Shown one piece after another: positions 28,307 through 35,163 of a DNA stretch of 64,000 bases (positions are counted from its first letter, which is position 1; the number at the start of each line of letters is the position of its first letter). The position numbers and the translations under genes were made by a program. A model generated the notes under the pieces. That model was not told the DNA's origin and made no database searches. It saw only the letters and a program-made list of their open reading frames with translations. Source of the DNA: a bacterium. Lineage in GTDB: Bacteria > UBP14 > UBA6098 > 4484-93. Where the stretch lies: the NCBI GenBank assembly GCA_021158465.1, contig JAGGUN010000019.1, positions 82,796 to 146,795 of the forward strand. Direction: 5' to 3'.

Positions 28307-30033
28307 AAAAGATAATCTTTGCAGTTATCTTCCTCTCTTTCTCCTCTGCTTTCGCCGGCAGTTATGAGCACAATCTGGAGCTGGCAAGGCGCCTGCTCGC
28401 AATAAAGAAGTATGAAAAGGCAGAGGAGGTTCTGGATGGACTCCTACATGAGCGGCCAGACGACCCTGCTCTCGTTCCCATTATGAAGGAAGTATATACT
28501 AACCTCAAGCAGTACGATAAGTTAATAGGGGTTCTTCGCAAACAGCTTGATGCAAGTCCAAATAGCACATTGCTAAACATAGAACTTGGCGATGCTTACC
28601 TTGCCACGGGGAGGCTCGATTCGGCGAAGGCGTCCTTTTGGAGGGCGATAAAGCTTACCCCGGAAGACGATATGATATACCGAACGGTGTATCAAAAGTT
28701 CTCCACCCGTGGCTATGTGGACGAGGCGATAGAGATTATCGAGAGGGCGAGGAAGCGATCTCCTGACCCATCCGGTTTTTTGATTGACCTGGCGAACTGC
28801 TATGAGATAAAGGGAGATTACGATAAGGCGGTTGAACTGTATATCGATTATCTTTCCGAGCATCCCGACCAGGTTCGTGTTGTGGAGTCTCATCTGAATC
28901 TGCTTGGCCGCACTCGTGCAGATGTTGAAAAACTGGAGAAGGCTATAGCATCCGCTTTGAGGAGGAGGAAGAGCCTGTTTTTGTATAGTTTCCTTGTGAA
29001 TGTTCTCGAGCGTGAGGCAAAGTATAGAGAGGCTTTTCAATGGGCAGTTAAGCTTTGGCGGGAAAAGGGCGGAAATGAACCGAGGATGTTGAGTATCGGC
29101 AGACTTGCTTACAATTCTGGCGATTATGAGACGGCTCTGGAGGTGTTCAGCTTTCTAAAGGAGAATGTCCCGCTGAACGCCTTGGGTTTTGAACCGCAGC
29201 TTTACTCTGCCCGCTCTCTTGCGGCTATTGGCAGGCTCGATGAGGCAAAAAGGGAGTATAATTCCCTTATGGAGAAGGGGGACAATGAAATCAAAGCGAA
29301 GGTTAGGTGCGACCTTGGGACGCTTGCCCTAAAACAGGGGAACCCTGGCGAGGCGCTGGAGGATTTTCAGCAGGCAACAGAGCTAACCAAGACTCCGGAG
29401 ATCGTGGTCACATCAGCTGTTGGTTATGCTCATGCTCTTATGATGACAGGCAAGCTGAAACAGGCAAAAGAGTTTCTCGCTAAGTATCTTGAGCGCTATC
29501 CAAACTCTGACCGTATCGTGTACGAATACGGGCGACTGTTGTTCGTGGTGGGTGATTATGATAGCTGTACCGCTATATTCAAGGATTTCTTCACCAGATT
29601 CCCGACAAGCCTGTATGAAAACGATGCGATCCGGCTAAGGCTCATCGTAGCTGACTATAATGAAGACAAGGAGACCCTCAAAAAACTCTCCGCTACCGAG
29701 CTAAGCGAGCTCGCAGGGGACTACCGCTCTGCTCTTTCTGTTCTCTGTGAGATCAAGAACCCTGATGAGCAAATCCTGTTTATGAAGGCAGAACTCTTTT
29801 ATTCTCTCGGCGATCTCCCTGAGGCTCTTGATACATACAGAAAGATAATTCAGGACTATCCGGAAGGGTTCTATGCACCGCTTGCGTGTGAGCGGATGGG
29901 GGATATCTATCTCAAGACGGGCGAGCTCCCTCTTGCAAGAGCAAGTTACGAGAAGCTTTTGACCGACTATCCAGATGCGCTCAACTCCCAGAGTGTCAGG
30001 GAGAAAATAGACAAGCTCGAAGGAAAGATTTGA
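28303..30033 (+). CDS. Secreted TPR-repeat protein.
   Basis: Signal peptide MKKIIFAVIFLSFSSAFAG. Multiple TPR-like repeats (LGDAYLATGRLDSAKASFWRAIKL and others). Confidence 0.65.
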   Translation: MKKIIFAVIFLSFSSAFAGSYEHNLELARRLLAIKKYEKAEEVLDGLLHERPDDPALVPIMKEVYTNLKQYDKLIGVLRKQLDASPNSTLLNIELGDAYLATGRLDSAKASFWRAIKLTPEDDMIYRTVYQKFSTRGYVDEAIEIIERARKRSPDPSGFLIDLANCYEIKGDYDKAVELYIDYLSEHPDQVRVVESHLNLLGRTRADVEKLEKAIASALRRRKSLFLYSFLVNVLEREAKYREAFQWAVKLWREKGGNEPRMLSIGRLAYNSGDYETALEVFSFLKENVPLNALGFEPQLYSARSLAAIGRLDEAKREYNSLMEKGDNEIKAKVRCDLGTLALKQGNPGEALEDFQQATELTKTPEIVVTSAVGYAHALMMTGKLKQAKEFLAKYLERYPNSDRIVYEYGRLLFVVGDYDSCTAIFKDFFTRFPTSLYENDAIRLRLIVADYNEDKETLKKLSATELSELAGDYRSALSVLCEIKNPDEQILFMKAELFYSLGDLPEALDTYRKIIQDYPEGFYAPLACERMGDIYLKTGELPLARASYEKLLTDYPDALNSQSVREKIDKLEGKI

Positions 30034-30866
30034 GGATAGCAGAAGCCCTCTCCGCAGCAACAGAGAAACTCTCATCCGTAGACAGCCCGAGGCTCTCAGC
30101 AGAGATACTGCTTTCTTATGTACTCTCCTGCCCGAGGTACAAGCTTATAACCGAGCGAGACAAGGAGCTTTCACCTGAAGATGCAAAGAGATTCTTTCGG
30201 TTGGTGGAGAAAAGGGGCAACCATTTCCCGTTACAATATCTGACCGGAAAGACGGAGTTCTACGGGATTGAGCTCAGAATTAGAGAAGGGGTTTTTATCC
30301 CCAGAGCGGAGACCGAGCTTCTCGTGGAGGAGTTGATTAAGATACTAAACAAGGGAGATATCTTTCTCGACATAGGCACAGGTGCAGGTTGTATCCCGGT
30401 GGCTGTTCTTAGGAATAAACCTGCTGCTTTCTGCTTTGCAACAGACATAAACCCAACAGCGCTTCAGGTTGCCCGGGAGAATATCCGGATGTATGGACTG
30501 GAAGGAAGATGCCAACTTTTTGAGGCTGACATCTTTCCACCGGTGGATAAAAGGTTCGACATTATCGTTTCAAATCCACCCTACATAAAGAGATCCTTGA
30601 TTCCCTCTCTCCAGGAGGAGGTCAGGTATGAGCCTCTCTCAGCCATCGATGGCGGAGAGACAGGACTCGATGTATATCGGAGGATACTCTCTGGTGCACC
30701 TATGTATCTTAGGGAAGAAGGTTATCTCCTCCTCGAGACAGACCCATCGGTTATGACTGGGTTACTGGAGCTTGCTGAAAGCTCGTTCAAGCCCTTGGGC
30801 ATAAAAAGGGATATTCAAGGTCTGGAACGTGTAATCCTCCTCGAGTGCAAGGGCACTGGTGTCTGA
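30030..30866 (+). CDS. prmC: Release factor glutamine N5-methyltransferase (PrmC/HemK).
   Basis: NPPY motif (IIVSNPPYIKRS). SAM-binding motif (FLDIGTGAGCIPVA). PrmC-like N-terminal helical domain. Confidence 0.85.
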   Translation: MRIAEALSAATEKLSSVDSPRLSAEILLSYVLSCPRYKLITERDKELSPEDAKRFFRLVEKRGNHFPLQYLTGKTEFYGIELRIREGVFIPRAETELLVEELIKILNKGDIFLDIGTGAGCIPVAVLRNKPAAFCFATDINPTALQVARENIRMYGLEGRCQLFEADIFPPVDKRFDIIVSNPPYIKRSLIPSLQEEVRYEPLSAIDGGETGLDVYRRILSGAPMYLREEGYLLLETDPSVMTGLLELAESSFKPLGIKRDIQGLERVILLECKGTGV

Positions 30867-31061
30867 TTATGTTCCTCTCCTTCCACGCGTGCTTCCCCAT
30901 CTGAACTTGTTCAGCTTTCTGTGTTCCCTTGCTATCTGTTTTGCCTTCAATCTGTCCCTGGCAACCTTCTTCAGCTGTTCCTCTCTTTTCTTCTCAAGAA
31001 AGTCAAGCTCCTCCTTGATTTTCTTCTTTTTCTCTTCATCTGTTGGCTGTTCATCCGCCAT
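30867..31061 (-). CDS. Small (64 aa), highly charged Lys/Glu/Arg-rich protein, predicted helical.
   Basis: Strong RBS on the minus strand (AAAAGGAGGTAAGAGT before the ATG). Sequence MADEQPTDEEKKKKIKEELDFLEKKREEQLKKVARDRLKAKQIAREHRKLNKF. Lies in a gap between convergent genes. Confidence 0.4.
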   Translation of the reverse strand: MADEQPTDEEKKKKIKEELDFLEKKREEQLKKVARDRLKAKQIAREHRKLNKFRWGSTRGRRGT

Positions 31062-31172
31062 ACTCTTACCTCCTTTTGCTCTTATCTTACCGACAAAGTG
31101 GTGTCCGATCTTTCGGCAAGGGTCCGCAGTATCGGCAGGTTGGTGTCATCCTCTCTTTTGTTCAACCGCTCC

Positions 31173-32411
31173 TCACTTTATAAATGTTACCTTCTCAGAA
31201 GCGGTTCTGTTTCCCAATGTTGCCTTGACAATATATACCCCCGATGGAACTGACTTCGCTGGTCTCCAAACAGCTTCTGTCCTGTTCAAACTCCACTGAA
31301 CCTCCTGCAATTCTATCCTCTCGCCTTTTATGTTGAATATTTCAACATGGATTTCCCCGCGGGTTTGGTGGGGAGTATCGACCGAGATATAGCAGGCGGA
31401 GTTGAACGGGTTTGGGTACATCGAAATCGAGATTTGATCAGGGTGCAAGACCGCCGTCTCCTCCACCGGTGAGTGTCCCTCGATCGGGAGCCAGGCTACT
31501 ACCCATTCACTCGTTACCTCAAGATCGTCCAGTAGGACCCACTCGTCTGGCTCACTCTCATACAGATTTGGTATATAGAAGAAACCGTTGCTTCCGTAGA
31601 AAAACTCCGCTGTTCCAAACCATGGTGTATCGTTACAGGCATCTCCTGTCATCATATACCAGAAGGGTCTGCGGTGCGATGAGCCAAACTCTGTTACATC
31701 CGAGACATCTGCCCTTGCCTGAATATCTTCCATAGTACCAAGCGAACCCGTGAACATTGTTGCTTGCAGGTATATAAATATCTCCGCCTCACCTCTGTCT
31801 CCATAGTAGAGTGAATCTCCTGTTATCTCGTTACAGATGCCGATGTAGAATGTGGTGAATGTTGAATCACGGAGCCATAGCGTGTCCTGCCTCATCGACT
31901 TGAATTCGTATACTGTACCTCTTCCACCCTCAGCTTTCCTCCTCAGATGATGAATTTCCCCATCTGGATAGAATACAGGAGCGGTATTGGCATAGTTTGG
32001 TGGGATGCTGCCGTATCCTGGTATCCCGGGGCGATACTCTCCGACCGTCCCGGGAACGATTGTGCAGTGATGCTCTCTGGCGAGGATTGATATCGTATCG
32101 AGAATCGCCGCTATTCTCTCCCCGTATTCCCCAACAGGAACCCAGGATACATCTCCCATAGCGCCGAAAAACTCGACATAGGTGGTGAAACTGTACCCTG
32201 CGTTGACCATAAGTCCAAACTCTGGGGCTATTACCATATCGCAGTCCGGATGTTCCATAAGAACTGCTTTTATCCGCTCAAATATACCGTCCATTGCTGG
32301 GTAACTCCCCATCCACCGAACGGATGCAATCTTCACACTACCAGGAAGGTTGACTGAATGGAGAGAGATAATGGCGAGCGACAGAACAGTTTCTATGATC
32401 TTATGCGTCAT
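31173..32411 (-). CDS. Secreted protein with an N-terminal carbon-nitrogen hydrolase-like domain and a T9SS type-A C-terminal sorting domain.
   Basis: Possible Glu-Lys-Cys triad context (DMVIAPEFG ... K ... YIGICNEITGD) with spacing similar to the nitrilase superfamily. This is a low-confidence call. The C-terminal tail (MYPNPFNSACYISVD...IFNIKGERI...SGVYIVKATLGNRTASEKVTFIK) matches the Por secretion tail pattern. Confidence 0.55.
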   Translation of the reverse strand: MTHKIIETVLSLAIISLHSVNLPGSVKIASVRWMGSYPAMDGIFERIKAVLMEHPDCDMVIAPEFGLMVNAGYSFTTYVEFFGAMGDVSWVPVGEYGERIAAILDTISILAREHHCTIVPGTVGEYRPGIPGYGSIPPNYANTAPVFYPDGEIHHLRRKAEGGRGTVYEFKSMRQDTLWLRDSTFTTFYIGICNEITGDSLYYGDRGEAEIFIYLQATMFTGSLGTMEDIQARADVSDVTEFGSSHRRPFWYMMTGDACNDTPWFGTAEFFYGSNGFFYIPNLYESEPDEWVLLDDLEVTSEWVVAWLPIEGHSPVEETAVLHPDQISISMYPNPFNSACYISVDTPHQTRGEIHVEIFNIKGERIELQEVQWSLNRTEAVWRPAKSVPSGVYIVKATLGNRTASEKVTFIK

Positions 32412-33387
32412 TCCCTTTCTGCCTCAACCAGATGCTCAAAAGTTTATCCCTACCTTCTTCGATTCTCTCCTTTGGACACCCTTTTGAAAGGAACTTTTCA
32501 TAAGTAATGTTTTGCATCTCGAAATCCGAGCATATAAGGACGATGTTATGCCCTGCAACGACAGCAGACATTGCCGCCTCTGGCATATCGTCACGAACTG
32601 CGCCCATCATCAAATCATCGGTGAGTATCATCCCGGTATAATGCAACTCCTTACGCAGAAAGTCGATTATCCTGTATGAAAAGGTTACAGGAGAGCTATC
32701 CCATTCAGGGACGAGGAGATGTGAAGTCATAATGAACTCAACCCCAGATGAGATCGCCTCTCGAAAGGGTGGAATATTTTTGTCCAAAAACTCACTCAAA
32801 GGTAGGTTTATCTTTCCGAGGGTTTTGTGCGGGTCGAACTCTGCATCCCCCAACCCAGGGAAATGCTTGGCACAGGCAAGGATTCCAGATTTCTTCATAC
32901 CCGATATCGCTTCCCTGACCGAACGGGTTACCACATCTGTTTTGCCGGAAAAAGACCTCTTGTATAAAATATTGTCCACAGTAACCACATCACAGACAGG
33001 AGCGAGGTTGACATCGATACCAAGTTTCACAAGCTCGGCAGATGAGCGAAAGTATGCGTCCTGTATCTCGACACCTTTCTCTTGCATCTCCCTGTTCGAC
33101 GGATGTGTGTAGATCCCCTCCTTAATGCGGTTCTTCTCGCCACCTTCCTGGTCGATATAAACCAGAAAGGGCGGAGGAAGCTCCCTTCTTAGGAGGGCTA
33201 TCAATTCCTTTAGGTCCTTTGTGTCCCTGAAATTATGAGGGAAAATTATCACTCCTCCGAGACCAATTCTCCTTCCAAAGCGGGTAAAATCATCGAGGGA
33301 GACGGTTCTATCGATTCCAAAGATGAAAAGATGCCCAAGCTTACCGCTCACAACATTTATAATATCAATTTCCGCTTTTTGTGTCAA
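32401..33387 (-). CDS. Glycoside hydrolase family 3 N-terminal domain protein (NagZ-like beta-N-acetylhexosaminidase). The start is uncertain.
   Basis: Motifs KHFPGLGDAEFDPHKTLGKINLP, LAPVCDVVT, GMILTDDLMMGA and GHLFIFGIDR. The ORF track's starts at 33630 and 33474 would overlap the divergent nnr gene, so I place the start at the in-frame TTG at 33387. That codon could be wrong. Confidence 0.7.
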   Translation of the reverse strand: MTQKAEIDIINVVSGKLGHLFIFGIDRTVSLDDFTRFGRRIGLGGVIIFPHNFRDTKDLKELIALLRRELPPPFLVYIDQEGGEKNRIKEGIYTHPSNREMQEKGVEIQDAYFRSSAELVKLGIDVNLAPVCDVVTVDNILYKRSFSGKTDVVTRSVREAISGMKKSGILACAKHFPGLGDAEFDPHKTLGKINLPLSEFLDKNIPPFREAISSGVEFIMTSHLLVPEWDSSPVTFSYRIIDFLRKELHYTGMILTDDLMMGAVRDDMPEAAMSAVVAGHNIVLICSDFEMQNITYEKFLSKGCPKERIEEGRDKLLSIWLRQKGNDA

Positions 33388-33451
33388 GTTATAACTTGAA
33401 AAATAGATAATTCTTCTTATTTTAGGGTTTCCAGCATTAGGAGGGAGAGAT

Positions 33452-34999
33452 ATGGAGATAGTAACCAATAGCATAATGAGAGCACTCGATAGAAAAGCAA
33501 TAGATGAAATAGGTATCCCTGGTGAGCAGTTGATGGAAGAAGCAGGTAAGGGTGTTGCCGATGTAGCAGATATGTTTCTCAAAGAGATAGGTGGTAAGAA
33601 GGTCGCCATCTTCTGCGGAAAAGGGAACAACGGTGGAGATGGGTTCGTTGCAGCGAGGCATCTTGGAGGGAAGGGGTATTCCGTTGATGTCTTCCTGGTT
33701 GCCAGGATGGACGAACTTAAAGGGGATGCAAGGCTGAACCTTGAAAGGGCAGTAAAGCTTGGAATACCGGTCCATGAGATAGATACCCCCCCTGTTAAGC
33801 TGGATTTTGAGATGATAATAGACGCTATGTTCGGTACGGGGTTTAAGGGTAAGGTAAAAAACCCTTACCGGAATATAATCGACAAGATAAACAATGCAAA
33901 TATACCCGTTGTTTCTGTGGATATACCATCGGGTATCGACGGCGACACAGGGCAGGACGGAGGGACAAGCGTTTACGCCGATGCCACTGTGACATTTGCC
34001 TATCCCAAGCTGGGGCATATCTTCTACCCGGGAAGAGAAAGGACTGGCGAGCTTTATACTGTTGATATTGGAATCCCGCCAGAGCTTATTGAGGAGACCT
34101 CGCCCCGCTTCTTCGTCGACGAACCAGAGGAGGTAGCATGTCTTTTGCCTCGACGCTTCCCTGATATGCACAAGGGGGATGCGGGGAAGGTGCTTATTGT
34201 TGCTGGCTCAAAAGGTATGACGGGAGCGGCACATCTCTCTGCTATATCCTGTCTTCGTTCAGGTGCGGGGCTTGCTTATCTTGCTGTGCCGGAAGGGCTT
34301 GCTCCTGTGCTTGAAATGAAGGCGACGGAGGCTGTTAAGGTGTATCTGCCGAATATCAAAAATAAATTCACTATCTCGCTCCGCTCCCTCGGCGTGATAT
34401 ATGAATATCTCTCCTCTGTTGATGCCCTCATCATCGGACCTGGTCTCGGCAGGCACCATGAGACACGGGAGGTTGTGCTTCGCGTCGCGGAAAGGACAAC
34501 AATACCAACATTATTCGATGCCGATGCACTATTTGCGCTGGCAAAAGAGAGAGGAATCTGGGAGAAGATCAAAGCTCCATACATTATAACCCCTCATTCG
34601 GGTGAGTTTGCACGGATCATTGATGTTCCAGTTGAGAAGGTATCTGCCAATCGACTAAGATCTGCACTCGAGTATAAAGATATGTTCGCTGGTGGTGTTC
34701 TACTTCTCAAGGGTAATCCAACAATAATCGCTCAAGGGGACAAGGTTTATCTCAATCCAACCGGCAACGATGGTATGGCTACTGCCGGAAGCGGAGATGT
34801 TCTATCGGGGCTTATTGGGGGATTTCTTGCTCAAGGGTGTTCACCACTTGATTCTGCCCGACTTGGGGCCTACATTCACGGGCTGGCAGGTGATATCGCC
34901 GCTGAGCGGTTAACCGCCCGCGCGATGATTGCAGGAGATATTGTGCTCGCCATATCGGATGCCTTCGCCAAGATTGAAGAGCTGGCATCAGAGGGATAA
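33452..34999 (+). CDS. nnr: Bifunctional NAD(P)H-hydrate repair enzyme Nnr (epimerase plus ADP-dependent dehydratase; YjeF N- and C-terminal domains).
   Basis: YjeF_N motif CGKGNNGGDGFVAARHL. The C-terminal carbohydrate-kinase-like domain (HSGEFARI, LLKGNPTIIAQ, GMATAGSGDVLSGLIGGFLAQG). RBS GGAGGGAGAGAT upstream. Confidence 0.9.
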   Translation: MEIVTNSIMRALDRKAIDEIGIPGEQLMEEAGKGVADVADMFLKEIGGKKVAIFCGKGNNGGDGFVAARHLGGKGYSVDVFLVARMDELKGDARLNLERAVKLGIPVHEIDTPPVKLDFEMIIDAMFGTGFKGKVKNPYRNIIDKINNANIPVVSVDIPSGIDGDTGQDGGTSVYADATVTFAYPKLGHIFYPGRERTGELYTVDIGIPPELIEETSPRFFVDEPEEVACLLPRRFPDMHKGDAGKVLIVAGSKGMTGAAHLSAISCLRSGAGLAYLAVPEGLAPVLEMKATEAVKVYLPNIKNKFTISLRSLGVIYEYLSSVDALIIGPGLGRHHETREVVLRVAERTTIPTLFDADALFALAKERGIWEKIKAPYIITPHSGEFARIIDVPVEKVSANRLRSALEYKDMFAGGVLLLKGNPTIIAQGDKVYLNPTGNDGMATAGSGDVLSGLIGGFLAQGCSPLDSARLGAYIHGLAGDIAAERLTARAMIAGDIVLAISDAFAKIEELASEG

Positions 35000-35129
35000 G
35001 CAAGTGATATAGCAGAGTTACTGCATTCACAAAGGTTTGAAGGCTTATGAACTTGCTCATCTTGCTCAATCTTCAGCTGGTTATATTACTGATAGTGAAT
35101 AGGCAAAAACTCGACATTTCCTTTTTCGG

Positions 35130-35157
35130 TTGCTAATCGACTATTTTTGAATATATA
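35130..35157 (+). promoter_or_regulatory. Candidate sigma-70-type promoter (TTGCTA, 16-nt spacer, TATATA) for the tRNA-Arg gene.
   Basis: TTGCTA at 35130-35135 and TATATA at 35152-35157. The tRNA 5' end at 35168 is about 10 nt downstream of the -10 element. Confidence 0.35.
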
Positions 35158-35163
35158 TAAACT

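Noticed and set aside
33388-33630. Longer N-terminal extensions of the GH3 gene (starts at 33474 or 33630)
   Set aside because: They would overlap the divergently transcribed nnr gene (start 33452, with a good RBS) by 23-180 nt. The extension has no homology to GH3 N-termini.
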